Below, piece after piece: positions 1 through 10,079 of a stretch of 64,000 nucleotides of DNA. How positions within the stretch are numbered: position 1 is the stretch's first letter; each line of letters opens with the position of its first letter. The DNA comes from an uncultured delta proteobacterium (lineage in GTDB: Bacteria; Desulfobacterota; Syntrophobacteria; Syntrophobacterales; Syntrophobacteraceae): NCBI GenBank assembly GCA_963813125.1, contig CAWEZA010000054.1:1-64000 (forward strand). The letters are read 5' to 3'. The notes beneath the pieces are model-generated. The model was not told where the DNA came from. It searched no databases and saw nothing but the letters and a program-made list of their open reading frames with translations. The position numbers and the translations under genes are program-made.

Positions 1-301
1 CACTGCTCTCCTTCTTCGGACTGCGGAACTGGCATCGTGCTGCGGAGATTCCCTACGCGGCGTCGCTCATCGTAGCCTCGCGGCCCGGTCAGCCGCTCGA
101 CGGATTGAAGGCGGCGCTGCCCGAGGGCCTTACGCTTGAGCCTTTGCCGGCCGGCAATCGAATGGCGGCCAGCCGCGAGGTCCGCGCCTTCCATCTTGTG
201 AATCCCGCTGGAGCGCTCCAAAAACGGCCCGAGCATCAGCATCTTCTCCTGCTTTCGCTCGATGATTTCGGTTGCCGTTCGAACGGTGTCCAGTTGCGCG
301 A

Positions 302-1471
302 TCATGAGGAATAGATCGGCGAAAAACGCCTGTATTGATCCTCATCCTCGCATTTGGCTATCTTTTCCTCGGCCCCCTGGATATTCGGAGGCACTTGGTA
401 TGCGGGTTTAAAGCCGCTTTGGGCCATGTTGGCCACGTATGTCACGCCACCCGGCAGCAAAGACGCCGGCTCGTTTTTCATCGAAACGTCGGCGACCATC
501 GGAGGATTCAATACCTTGTCGATAGCCTGGGCAGTGCGCATTTCGAGCTGCTGGAGCATCTTGGAACTCGCCAGCGCGTCCATCCCCGGAGCTTCTGCCG
601 TAGGAGTCGTTCATGAGCACACGACCACCTGGGCGCGACAAAGGGCAGCTCGTAATATCCCCGAAGATCGAGCACAAGCCCTGGTTCTGCCCCCACTCCC
701 AAATGACCGATCGAAACTTCCGACCTTTAAGTCCCGGGACCTGCGGAGCGCGGTCGTCGTTTGGCTCTATCGCCTGCGCGACCCTCACCTCTTTATCGAG
801 CTGTCCTGAGCCTAAAGGGACTGGACCTGTGGACTGCAGTTCTCGAGTCCGAACCTCTCGCACGACCTGGCCGGTTGTCAGCACATATTCCCGTAAGAGT
901 ATCGATCTCGTTTCGCCCCGAACTGCTCAAATAGTATTCGCCGGCCGTAAGGTCTGGCACCGGATGACGTCCTCGAAATCGTCCTCGATCATCATCACCC
1001 CGTCCCGAAGCAGCCCAACTCCTCGTAGATGACGTGCAGGGAGTTATAGGCGTTGCTCTGCGAGAGCACGGCCAGGATGCGCTTTGTGACCTCATCGAGC
1101 CACAGTCTCACCGGGGTATTATCGTGACACGTCCATGTCCCGGACCGATAGCCGAAACCAGGGCCGCGCCGGGCTGGTAAGTCCCGCCATGAGCCCCGCG
1201 GAAAGCGTCCTGAAGCGCAAAAATCGGAGTCTCGTTGATGATCCGGCGACCCTACGGGATCTCCCCTTGTCGCCTGGTTCGGAGTCATGAGATATCGTCC
1301 GCGCCTTGGCAGGATGAAGTCGGACAATTGCCTCCAGTGCTGCCACCAGCTCCAGCGGTCAACCCTCATAGCAACAAGCCGTTGATCGACATATTGCCGA
1401 AGCTGCCTTACTTTGGGGCTCCCGCCCTGGGCAAATATCGTTGGAGTCTGCGAAGGTCGATTCTCGGCCAT
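302..1471 (-). pseudogene. Fragmented phage late-gene ORFs across at least three frames (995..1471, 408..884, 302..583); position downstream of terminase suggests a portal remnant
   Basis: Overlapping minus-strand ORFs in different frames sit directly downstream of the terminase genes in a prophage late operon. I recognise no specific motif; the call rests on position and fragmentation. Confidence 0.3.
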
Positions 1472-1608
1472 CTAGTTTCGATACTCCCTGTCGTTCAGCC
1501 AGAGGAGTATTTGGTCAAGGCAAATGCCGGCTTTACGAGACCGGGCGCAGTTTGGCGCTCACCGGGTAAGCAAAGCTGATGGCAAGGCAATCGGCCCGGT
1601 TTGGCGAT

Positions 1609-2947
1609 CTAAGCCCGCGCTTCTTCATCGCGTTTTTGGGCTCGATCTGAATCTTCCCGTCGACTTGGCACAGTCTCCGGCCCGATCAGATCGTTATAGA
1701 GAGCGGTATCCTTCGGGATCGCGCCGCCCGCTTTCAACCAGTCGCGCATGAGCTTCCACATCTCGGCCCGCTTGTTCGAGCATCCCAGATCCGCAGACGC
1801 CCCGGCAAACCATACAAGTTGCCAGTTCCTCCCAAAGGTCCGTCCGGCGGAAACGATTCCCGTCCCGTAGCCGGCATCGATAAATACGGCGTCTGCCTTT
1901 TCCTCGTCTTCCAGCCTGCCGATAATGTTGGCAATCTCTATGTCGTTGTCGTTTTTGGCAATCACCCTCAGGATGGAAAACGCCAGCCCCTGCCGCAGGC
2001 CTATCACCAGTTCATCGTCACCCTCCCACGCGGGGTCAACCGATAGTATCTTGGGCGCGAAATCATATTGATCGACCCTCAAATGCCGACCAAATGCCGC
2101 ATCGACATCCGCAACGGAAATAAACTGCTTGGCTGACATTGACGGAAATACCCCCCTCACCTGACCTTGAAAAAGTCGGAATCCTCGCCGTAATCGTCCA
2201 CCCACTGCTCGATTTGTTTTTTATTGGTCAGCGCGCATGTCCTCGAGTCGATCTGGCGCGAGTTCCACCTCGCCGAATGCTGCCCGTAAAACAATCCTTG
2301 AACCTGCCGCTGTTTCGCGTCGGGTTTCCAAAGACACACCACAGGATTTCAGTCCCCTCGTCGGTCAGCGCTCCTTCGCTCACCTCCCAGATCACGTCCG
2401 GAATGGCGCTGGCCTCATCGAAGACGAGCAATATGCGTCTTCCTTTGTTGTGAAGGCCGGCGAAGGCTTCGGTATTCCTTTCGTTCCAGGGCACCTGGTC
2501 GATTCGCCAGGTCGTCTTGTGCCCGGCCTCACGCGAAACGATGGCGTTGGTCCCGAGGTCGAAAAGGCGGGACATATACCAGCATCTCCGATACCAGGTC
2601 GAAACCTCGGGCCATGTTTTAGTTTTGAGCTGCTTTTCGGTGTTGGCGCTCACAACGCCCCGGGTGTCCGGAAACGTCGAGATGGCCCAAAGGATGAGCC
2701 ACGAGACAAGACATGATTTTCCGATTCCATGCCCGGACGCGATCGCTTCGCGAATGATCGCTCCCGCGTCTCCGCCGGCGCGAAGCTTTGCGCCAATATC
2801 CTTGAGGGTATCGCGCTGCCAGTCATCGGCTCCCTCGCACTCCTCAAGCTCCCCTTCGCCCCATTTGAACGAAAACCGCACCCACCCGAGCGGGTTTTTC
2901 GAATAGCGTCCAAGTTTGGCGATAAGAGTTTTCGACTCCTTATCCAT
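1609..2947 (-). pseudogene. Phage terminase large subunit with an apparent frameshift (ORFs 2228..2947 and 1609..2205)
   Basis: The upstream ORF carries Walker A-like ASGHGIGKS and Walker B-like ILLVFDEAS of a terminase ATPase domain. The downstream ORF (FIDAGYGTG..., Asp/Glu-rich) looks like the nuclease domain. The two are in different frames (742 nt offset) with a junction near 2205-2330. Confidence 0.75.
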
Positions 2948-3398
2948 CGCGCTTGATCGCCTCCATGAGTTCTTTTGCGAAATCCGTCAACCCCGGTGTC
3001 TCCACCTCGAGCCGGTCTCCGTATTTTTTAGGAAGTAGTTTTCCGAGTAACCACTTCCTTGCGTCGACTTGCAGCTTACTGCGCTCGACCATGTCGCCGG
3101 TCGTAACTTCTTTTTTCCCGTCGACATCCTTCGTCTTCTTCTCGATCCGGCTCTTGTCGGCGATCTCGATTATCTCGTCGGCATACCCTTCGGCCTGTAT
3201 CTCTCGCGCGGCCGCGTACTGAGTGCGGAACTTTTCGTCCTTACCAAGCGCTCTTAAAACCGCCGACTTGTCCGGCATATCCTTCGCCCGGCAAATCGAC
3301 CGCAGGCTTTCGCCTTCGGCGATCCGTCGACATATCTGTCCCTTCATCGCGGCCGTAAGTTTGGGAGGCCGCCCCCGCGGCGGCTTGGTCGCGCCCAT
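2940..3398 (-). CDS. Phage terminase small subunit (N-terminal HTH)
   Basis: A 152-aa protein with an N-terminal HTH-like region (PPKLTAAMKGQICRRIAEGESLRSICR). It lies immediately upstream of, and overlaps, the terminase large subunit in the same orientation. Confidence 0.65.
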   Translation of the reverse strand: MGATKPPRGRPPKLTAAMKGQICRRIAEGESLRSICRAKDMPDKSAVLRALGKDEKFRTQYAAAREIQAEGYADEIIEIADKSRIEKKTKDVDGKKEVTTGDMVERSKLQVDARKWLLGKLLPKKYGDRLEVETPGLTDFAKELMEAIKRDG

Positions 3399-3399
3399 A

Positions 3400-3726
3400 T
3401 CAGGAGCTCGTTAGCGGCGTCAGGATAAATCCCGGCTGCCTTATCCGGTCCCACACACGTTCGGGATCAAGTCCCAAAAGATCGCAGATCCAAAGATAGC
3501 TGCCGACCTCAACTATCTTCGATTTAAACCAGTCCTGCGCCTTACGCTTCTCGCGGCGTAGTTCCTGATTGAAGTACCACCCGCGAACCCTCACCCCGTT
3601 GACCGCGACCTCGTAGCCCGAGCCCTTGCGGCGCAAGTCCTCGATCGCCTGCAGTAAAACCGCGCCCCAAAGCTCCAACTCGCCCCGGATCGGGCTTGTC
3701 TCTCCCTCGGCTTTCATCGATTCCAT
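3400..3726 (-). CDS. Hypothetical phage protein
   Basis: An ORF with an internal Met start (MESMKAEG...). It is same-strand with, and tightly packed against, its neighbours. Confidence 0.35.
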   Translation of the reverse strand: MESMKAEGETSPIRGELELWGAVLLQAIEDLRRKGSGYEVAVNGVRVRGWYFNQELRREKRKAQDWFKSKIVEVGSYLWICDLLGLDPERVWDRIRQPGFILTPLTSS

Positions 3727-3736
3727 ATTTGCTCCC

Positions 3737-4162
3737 TCAGGCGCTCTTTGCCGCCTGCAGCACCAGGTCCTCTTTCGCCCCGCCAAAGGGCTTTATGACA
3801 AAATTTTCCCCGCGCTCGAACCGGGCGATATCACCAATTATTTCAGCGATCTTCTCGCGCTCGGCGAGGATCGCGCGCTTATCGATCTCCTTTTTTATCC
3901 GCACAAACCGCTTGAGCTTCCTCGCGAGCAGCATGTCGACGACCGCGCCCGCCTCCAGGTCGCCGAACGAAACGCTCCACGGACGCTGTCTCCAGCACAC
4001 TTCACCCGTGCCAAAAGATGTCGTCTTGCCACTTGCGGTAAGCTCTTCCTTGTGCACTTCGCAAAACCCCAGGACCGCGGCCGCAAGAACCTCTATGTGC
4101 TCGGTAATCTCGTTTACAACCGGGTCGTGAATAGCCCGAAGCGCCGCGATCTTGTCGGCCAC
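3737..4162 (-). CDS. gam: Mu Gam-like host-nuclease inhibitor / DNA-end binding protein
   Basis: A 141-aa protein. The segment GFCEVHKEELTASGKTTSFGTGEVCWRQRPWSVSF...RFVRIKKEIDKRAILAE aligns closely with Mu Gam (GWCEANRDELTNGGKVKTANLVTGDVSWRVRPPSVSI...RFIRTKQEINKEAILLE). Confidence 0.8.
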   Translation of the reverse strand: MADKIAALRAIHDPVVNEITEHIEVLAAAVLGFCEVHKEELTASGKTTSFGTGEVCWRQRPWSVSFGDLEAGAVVDMLLARKLKRFVRIKKEIDKRAILAEREKIAEIIGDIARFERGENFVIKPFGGAKEDLVLQAAKSA

Positions 4163-4287
4163 TAGCGCTTCGATCCCGCTTCTTTTCCCTGCAGAGCGGC
4201 AATATGTTCGATCACGGCCGAAACCTCATCTCGGGTCTTCGGCATTAAGCAGATCGGCATGGGTGCCTCCAAATATTGGGGTTTGTC

Positions 4288-4533
4288 TTAAAAAAGAGGA
4301 TTTGCGAGAAATGTTCGTTCTAAAACGGAGGGGGAGCTGGTGGCCGCTGCCGCGGTCGCCGAGCGCCTCACAAACGCACCGCAGCCGCCCCAGCGCGGGT
4401 CGTGAACCTGGTCGAGGCTCACAGCCGAATCGTCTATGACCTTGCCGCACCTCTCGCAATAGAAGAGCGCGGGCCGTCTCGTCCATCCGGCTAGCTCGCT
4501 TGGCAGTAACGTCGCTACGTGCGCTTCGGCCAT
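4288..4533 (-). CDS. Hypothetical small protein with a CxxC pair
   Basis: An 81-aa ORF containing CERCGK, in phage context. Confidence 0.3.
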   Translation of the reverse strand: MAEAHVATLLPSELAGWTRRPALFYCERCGKVIDDSAVSLDQVHDPRWGGCGAFVRRSATAAAATSSPSVLERTFLANPLF

Positions 4534-4696
4534 ATCTCACCCCAGCGCGTCAAAACATTGACAGATTCACCCGGATGGTGCGATACTCGAAGGATAAAGG
4601 ATATGTCCCACCGCGCGGCATGGCGCAAATGGCAATAAAAGCGGCAATAGATGTGGCATCTAGTAATGGCAATACAAGCGGAAAAAGGAGGGATCC

Positions 4697-4990
4697 GTGC
4701 AAAACCAAACATCTATGGAAGCTCCAAGCGAAAACCACTACGTAGGCCTTGAGGAAATCCTGCACCAGGCGCTCACCCACGCCAAAGCCCAAGGACAATC
4801 CGGCCTGGACTGGGAGGCGCAGCGCCCATGCGAAATAGGCCGCAACTTGTCGCCAGACTATGAGTTCGGAATGGCGATCGAGGCGATCTACCAGGCGGCC
4901 GAGGCCGTCCGCACAAATCGCTGTCCACGCGAGCACGTCTATATGGCGATTAATTTTGCGTGCGCAGCACTCATCGTCTCGCAAGGATAG
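4697..4990 (+). CDS. Hypothetical phage protein
   Basis: A strong RBS (AAAAGGAGGG) precedes a GTG start. The ORF is 97 aa. Confidence 0.4.
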   Translation: MQNQTSMEAPSENHYVGLEEILHQALTHAKAQGQSGLDWEAQRPCEIGRNLSPDYEFGMAIEAIYQAAEAVRTNRCPREHVYMAINFACAALIVSQG

Positions 4991-4999
4991 GGGTGCTCG

Positions 5000-5224
5000 A
5001 TGGATGATAAGAGTCTTTTAATCGGCTGGAATGAAATCGCAGGTTTTCTACGGTGTTCGGAAAGGACCATGCAAAATCGAAAGCACGAGCTCCTCTCCGC
5101 CTCTATTATTTTCTACCGCAGGACCCAAACGGGCAAACGTGCGGTGTGCGCATGGAAAACGGATCTTAGGAAATGGTCAAAAACCGGATCACCGGAGCCG
5201 CCGTCTTGCAATGAGAACGCCTGA
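5000..5224 (+). CDS. Excisionase/AlpA-like HTH DNA-binding protein
   Basis: LIGWNEIAGFLRCSERTMQNRKHELLSASIIFYRR resembles the excisionase-family/MerR-like HTH followed by basic residues. Confidence 0.5.
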   Translation: MDDKSLLIGWNEIAGFLRCSERTMQNRKHELLSASIIFYRRTQTGKRAVCAWKTDLRKWSKTGSPEPPSCNENA

Positions 5225-5467
5225 GGATCATCACCACTTACTCCAATGGTCGTGTTATGTGACATGCTCCGCGTGTTATGTGAGATCGCGTCCTCGCGCG
5301 CGCGTAATGGTCGACAAATTCCGGCGCCTCATGCCAATATTTGCCCCCCGATTGCGCCCGCGCTCCGAAGCCAAGCCCACGTGTTGTAGAGCGTCTGCCA
5401 ATCCCGGCAGTTTCCCGAGCAAAACGGGTAATCCTCCAGACTCTTCGCTTCCTGACACCAAGGGCAC

Positions 5468-6661
5468 TCACCCCTGACCGCCTTCCGTTTTTTCAATCCC
5501 ATCCCCCTCTTTGGAATTATTTTCAGGAATATTTCCAGCCCCGTTTTTTTGTTTTACCCCGCCGACAACACCAAACTTGACCAGAAATTTCGACAACTGG
5601 ACATCCACGTCCTCCAAATCCTCGCCGCTCGCGGGTTCCTCCACGGGCGCCTCGGCCTTTTTCCTTTTCTCCGCCGCCAGTCTTCCCGCCTCGGACGCGG
5701 CCCTTGCGGCAGCCCGCTCCTTCCTTGCATAATCTTTCAGGAGCGACCCCATGAGAAACTTCCAGAAAATGTCGTCGGGGTCCTGCCCGTGCCGCGCGGC
5801 GCTATTGACATGCTCGCGCACCGAATAAACGACATTTGAGCGCACAAACTCGTAATTTTTTATCATCTCGAACCGCCGCAGGAGCACGGCCAGGTCCCCC
5901 TCATTACGGTGTCTCTCGGGGATGAGTCCCACCAGGTCCACAAAATACCCCGTGACGCCGGCGGGATCACGCCGATCCCGCGCCGTGCCCGGCATACACA
6001 TCTGTCCCGATCGTTCGGCAATCCCGGGCATAAAGCTCACTTGCGAACCTCCCGTGACGCCTTTCTTCGCCGTGTCCTTAACGTTTACGTCGTTTTTATA
6101 TGCATTAGAAACGACGTAAACGTTAACGTGTTCCGGTGACGCTTCGGTGACGCTCGGCTGAGGCGTCACAAAAGCCTCCTCGCCCCCCCTTGACCTATCC
6201 CCAGAAACCCGCGCGGATAGCGCTTCCCGCCTCAAAGACAAAGCCGTGCCCGACCCGCATGTGACGCTCGGTGACGCCTCGGTGACGCTTGAAACCGGCG
6301 TCACATGAGCGTCACGCCCCGAGGCCGAGGCCTTTTCCATGCGCCTTCTTTCGCGCATTCGCCGCATGCGCTCAGTCGAGCCCCCGCGCGTGTAGCTCCG
6401 TTTCTTGAACTCACGCAGCGACCAGCACCCCTCGCGCTTTACCGCGACCTGGTGACGCTCCCATTTGCGCGTAACAGCGTCCCACCTCTCGGCCGGACAT
6501 CCCACGGCGACCCGAAGCACCTCCTCGGGCATCCCCGCGGCTTCTCCGTCCGCCTCGAGCATATGGAACCTGAGCAGCCAGTACGCCTCATCGGCCTCCA
6601 GGCTCGCGGCATACGGGCTCGAAAGCCAACCCCTGCAAAACGCGGCAGATAGTCCGGCCAC
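5468..6661 (-). CDS. Putative phage replication-associated protein with iteron-like repeats inside the coding sequence
   Basis: A 397-aa ORF with a low-complexity middle (HVTPVSSVTEASPSVT / FVTPQPSVTEASPEHVNV) encoded by repeated GTGACGC motifs. It sits in the early region between the recombination genes and the excisionase-like gene. No catalytic motif was recognised. Confidence 0.4.
   Translation of the reverse strand: MAGLSAAFCRGWLSSPYAASLEADEAYWLLRFHMLEADGEAAGMPEEVLRVAVGCPAERWDAVTRKWERHQVAVKREGCWSLREFKKRSYTRGGSTERMRRMRERRRMEKASASGRDAHVTPVSSVTEASPSVTCGSGTALSLRREALSARVSGDRSRGGEEAFVTPQPSVTEASPEHVNVYVVSNAYKNDVNVKDTAKKGVTGGSQVSFMPGIAERSGQMCMPGTARDRRDPAGVTGYFVDLVGLIPERHRNEGDLAVLLRRFEMIKNYEFVRSNVVYSVREHVNSAARHGQDPDDIFWKFLMGSLLKDYARKERAAARAASEAGRLAAEKRKKAEAPVEEPASGEDLEDVDVQLSKFLVKFGVVGGVKQKNGAGNIPENNSKEGDGIEKTEGGQG
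6054..6315. promoter_or_regulatory. Iteron array (6 direct and 3 inverted GTGACGC copies at ~10-12 bp spacing) plus a 15-bp perfect palindrome with an AT-rich spacer (6080..6124)
   Basis: Direct GGTGACGC copies lie at 6054, 6135, 6146, 6261, 6271 and 6283, and inverted GCGTCAC copies at 6163, 6298 and 6309. AACGTTTACGTCGTT-N15(TTTATATGCATTAGA)-AACGACGTAAACGTT is a perfect inverted repeat. Confidence 0.55.
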
Positions 6662-7620
6662 GCCTCCCCCCTTTCCATAAAAAAAGGTGACGCGGTTTCC
6701 CGCGCCACCTCCTCACCTACCAGTAAGCCCCGGACGCAATAGTCCCCGTTTCAGATGCGCACGAAAACCCCGCCGGGCAAAACCTCCTCGTCGGATAAAA
6801 GCCCGCGCCAAGGCACGCCTGCCCGCAATACAAAAAGGGCGCAAACCTTTCTTCGTTGTACGCCCTGGTCCATCCCCGCCGAAGCCTCTGAGACCGCAAT
6901 ACGTTTCTACCCACGATACGCATCGCCCGCTCCTCTCTGTTTCCTTGCCTCGGAAGTGTTTCTACAGTAAGATCCGCACTCAGAGCACCCAATCGATCCA
7001 GCCGGCGCCCCTGGCGCAATCAGCGCCGCCAGGGGACTGCCGGCCCCTTTCACCCGGCAGATATCCGGCACTCCCGACCGACCGCATCGCACGCAAACCA
7101 CGGCCCTCGATCCTCCCGGATCGGCCGTCCTCCATCGCGCCGCTCCACACAAGCAGCTCATCGCCATAAGTCCTCCTATCTCACAGGAATAACGGCGTTT
7201 CCCCCTACCTGCCCTTGCTTTTCGAACGGACGCCTCCCGGCCCCGCCGGCTGCGGCGTCGAGGCCGGAAAACGCCCCTAAAAGATGGGTGGCTCTATTTC
7301 CTCCACGTCCTTCTCCTTGCTCCTCCAGGTTTATGCCGGTCTCTCCCGGCCGTCACGGGGATCGCGGTGTGGGACATACCCCCGTTACTCCTTATGTGCC
7401 GCCGCGATCGGCCGAAGTGGCACAGAGCACACGGAGAGCAAAAAGCATGGGCAGGTTGGACCCTGGGTCTCAGTGCTGCGTGTTTCCATGTCTTTTCTCC
7501 CCCCGTGCCCCTGTGCCGCCGCGATCGGCTCCATCTTCGCCTGGGCGATGCTACGATGGATTCCTTCTCGATCGTCTTTCGACTAGACCGGCCCTGTAGG
7601 ATGCACCGCTAAAATCCGCC

Positions 7621-8091
7621 TTACCCTTCCCCACCATTCTCACGCGCAAACTTGAACCGAGGATCGGTCAGAAATTCGCGAAAAGACAACCCGCGAAAGA
7701 CGTCACGAACAAGAAGAAACCTCCTGTAGCGCAGCCTCGCGCGCGAGGGCCGCTTCCGTGCGACGAGAACGGCCCGGCATCGCCTACAGCTCGGAGTCCC
7801 GTTGTTAATAAGACTCATCTGCAATTGGACGGCGCGAGCGCCGCACAGACAACGCTTCCCGTCCTCATAAAGATGTGTCGTGTGATGATTCCAGAGCATT
7901 ATCAATGGAGTTCCTCCCGCGTCGCAGATCGCGGCCAGGCTGCTTTCCGGATCCGGAGCGAGAATGCGTTCGAGTTTGGGCGCGATCGCCATCGCGATCG
8001 GTGCGGACCGCCCGGGATTGCTCGGATGTCGCAGCGCGAGCTGCACGTTCGCGATCACGAAAAAAGTTCGAGCCGGCTCATGCCGAGGCAA
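7621..8091 (-). CDS. Hypothetical phage protein
   Basis: A 156-aa ORF in the phage early region. No motif was recognised. Confidence 0.3.
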   Translation of the reverse strand: MPRHEPARTFFVIANVQLALRHPSNPGRSAPIAMAIAPKLERILAPDPESSLAAICDAGGTPLIMLWNHHTTHLYEDGKRCLCGARAVQLQMSLINNGTPSCRRCRAVLVARKRPSRARLRYRRFLLVRDVFRGLSFREFLTDPRFKFARENGGEG

Positions 8092-8151
8092 ATAGTCCGC
8101 CCCTCCGCGTGATCAGCTATAAGTTCTTCGATGGTTGCGCTTATCTCTTCG

Positions 8152-8772
8152 CTACTTGGCATCGGAGACCTCCACGAGCGACAACTCATTTTTTAGGATC
8201 CGCCCAAGCTCGCAGGTGGGGATAAGAGCAAGAAGGCTATCGATCTGGCCCCGGGTCAGACACACGACCTCTCCGGGCGCAAGCTGCGGTGTATCCATGG
8301 AATCCGATTCGGGCGCCTGGGGGGTAAGAACTTGCGGCGCTGCTTCAGGCGGCGCGATCGCGGGGATCGCCGCCGGCGAGGAGGAAAGTAGCCTGGCCGG
8401 GGACACTTGAGGCAGTTCCTGTGCTTCCTGAAGGCAAGCGGCTTTTTTTGCCGCCCGTTGGCGCTTGACTCGCTCTTTTTGCTCGGGAAGTTTTCTGTAG
8501 CAGGTGGCGCAAAGGCCGTGTCCCATTATATTCATTTCCCTGCCGCAGCCGGGGTAGCCTTCCTTCCGGCCGCAGATTCCCATTCTTGCCATATCTTTCC
8601 TTTCCTGCCGCAACTCCGGAGTTTGAAAATTCGAGATTCCGATCAGCGCATGCCGGTACGGAAGCGGTGGGGCGGTCGCGCCGGTCACCGGCTCCCGGAT
8701 GTTTTGCGTCTCGGCCGTGCGGCGCATGCGTCTTATCCGCTCGGCCGCCTCGGATGGGGAGAGCGCTTTCAC
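8152..8772 (-). CDS. Hypothetical protein with a zinc-ribbon motif
   Basis: CGRKEGYPGCGRE...CATCYRK is a C4-type motif. The ORF overlaps the ERF gene's stop by 4 nt in operon-like fashion. Confidence 0.45.
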   Translation of the reverse strand: MKALSPSEAAERIRRMRRTAETQNIREPVTGATAPPLPYRHALIGISNFQTPELRQERKDMARMGICGRKEGYPGCGREMNIMGHGLCATCYRKLPEQKERVKRQRAAKKAACLQEAQELPQVSPARLLSSSPAAIPAIAPPEAAPQVLTPQAPESDSMDTPQLAPGEVVCLTRGQIDSLLALIPTCELGRILKNELSLVEVSDAK

Positions 8773-9416
8773 AGTGTCCCCTCCTTTTTCTTCAGCTCGT
8801 TTAAAACGCGCGTAAATTCCTCCTGGATTTTTTCGCGCTCGGCCGAAGCCTGGATTTCTCTCCGGAAGTTATTGCGCCAGTCAATGCACGCCTTGGCGGT
8901 CGTAAAACCCTTCAAACTCACCGCCGCGGCGGCAAGCGAGAGCGGCTCGCCCGTAGAAGTCCCGCTTGTCCTGAGCGCCCCGGGCGCCGGCTCATCCTCG
9001 GTCTCGGCCGCGATGCCGAGAATCGCCATGAGTGCGTGGCGCCTTCCGAAGGTAAAGGAGGCCGCTGCCTGCTGCGGGCCGGTCTTTCGCGGGTCCTTGA
9101 CGTCCAGGGGCATCAGCAGCTCCCCCCGGATCCATTCACCCGACGAATGGATAAGCGTCGTGATAACGACGACGCCTTCGAGCTGCGAGCGCCCCCCGCT
9201 CGTCTGGGTAAGCAGCTCGCAACGCGCCTCGCTCGTCTGCACCAGGGCGAGGGCATTATCTGCAAGCGGCTTTCGCACGGCCTCGAGGATAGCGGCAAGA
9301 TCGGCGTATTTGCTGCCCAGGTGCGAATTGTCGGAGTCCCGGCGTATGACCGGAAACGCGGCCTGCGCGGCGGCCAGGGCTGTGAAGATTTCCTTTACCG
9401 ACTCGGAGGTTTTCAT
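8769..9416 (-). CDS. ERF-family single-strand annealing (recombination) protein
   Basis: MKTSESVKEIFTALAAAQAAFPVIRRDSDNSHLGSKYADLAAILEAVRKPLADNALALVQ matches the conserved ERF N-terminal core (KYADLasvldavrp). The start was chosen at the internal Met with an ATGA overlap to the upstream gene. Confidence 0.8.
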   Translation of the reverse strand: MKTSESVKEIFTALAAAQAAFPVIRRDSDNSHLGSKYADLAAILEAVRKPLADNALALVQTSEARCELLTQTSGGRSQLEGVVVITTLIHSSGEWIRGELLMPLDVKDPRKTGPQQAAASFTFGRRHALMAILGIAAETEDEPAPGALRTSGTSTGEPLSLAAAAVSLKGFTTAKACIDWRNNFRREIQASAEREKIQEEFTRVLNELKKKEGTL

Positions 9417-9672
9417 CGCGCCCCCTTCGCTCCGGCCTGAAGATAGCGGTGCATGCGCCCCGATGACAGCGCCGCGCGCTCGGCCAGGGTGGGAAAGGAC
9501 TCCTTCTCGCGGCTCGCTATCAGCATCCCGCAGCGGCACATGACGTGGACGCGTTCACTGCCGAAAACGTCCCGAGTCACGCCAATGAGCGTCGCCGAGT
9601 GCGAGCAGTCCGCCGGCCGCCGGAAAACCTCCGTATTTTGTTGATTCTTTCGATCGCATGCTTTAATTTCCA
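9413..9672 (-). CDS. Hypothetical Cys-containing small protein
   Basis: An 86-aa ORF containing CDRK...CSHS...CRCG. Its stop overlaps the ERF start (ATGA). Confidence 0.4.
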
Positions 9673-9845
9673 TAGCGATGACACCTGCGACCCGATGGGG
9701 TCTCGCGTTGCGCACCGCGGAAATCATCCATTCGCGCAAAGGCGACGGCTGCCGGCAGATGAGCCTCCAAGCCAAGCACGGCAGCCTCGCCGGCCGCAAC
9801 CTCGAAACGCTTTTCAAACGATCCTCGATTTCCGTTCATACGGGC

Positions 9846-10079
9846 TTACTCCTCCTTCCAGACGATTATTCCGGGTGGCAAAGGGCTCATGTCCACCCTG
9901 GCCGTGGAAACCTCACTTAATTCTTCTTCGAATTGGCTACAGTCCGAGTCTTTGTTGGCAGCTATAAGCGCTATGAGAGCGATCATCGGGATACCGGTTT
10001 CGGTTTTGCCCTCCCATATCCTGACCGGAACGCCGTTGACCATGGTGATCCTATCCGTATTTTCGATCGTGGTCCTCAT
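9846..10079 (-). CDS. Hypothetical phage protein
   Basis: A 77-aa ORF tightly packed in the same-strand operon. Confidence 0.3.
   Translation of the reverse strand: MRTTIENTDRITMVNGVPVRIWEGKTETGIPMIALIALIAANKDSDCSQFEEELSEVSTARVDMSPLPPGIIVWKEE

Noticed and set aside
4550-4984. 144-aa minus-strand ORF
   Set aside because: It overlaps the + strand ORF 4697..4990, which has a strong RBS. Neither has a motif, so I kept only the + strand call, at low confidence.
6687-7169. 160-aa Pro/Arg-rich ORF
   Set aside because: It has extreme low complexity (PPKPLRP repeats) and no RBS. It is probably a non-coding GC-rich region.
8407-9543. 378-aa ORF on the + strand
   Set aside because: It is antisense to the well-supported ERF and zinc-ribbon genes. 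Its composition is low-complexity Ala/Ser/Arg, typical of spurious ORFs in high-GC DNA.
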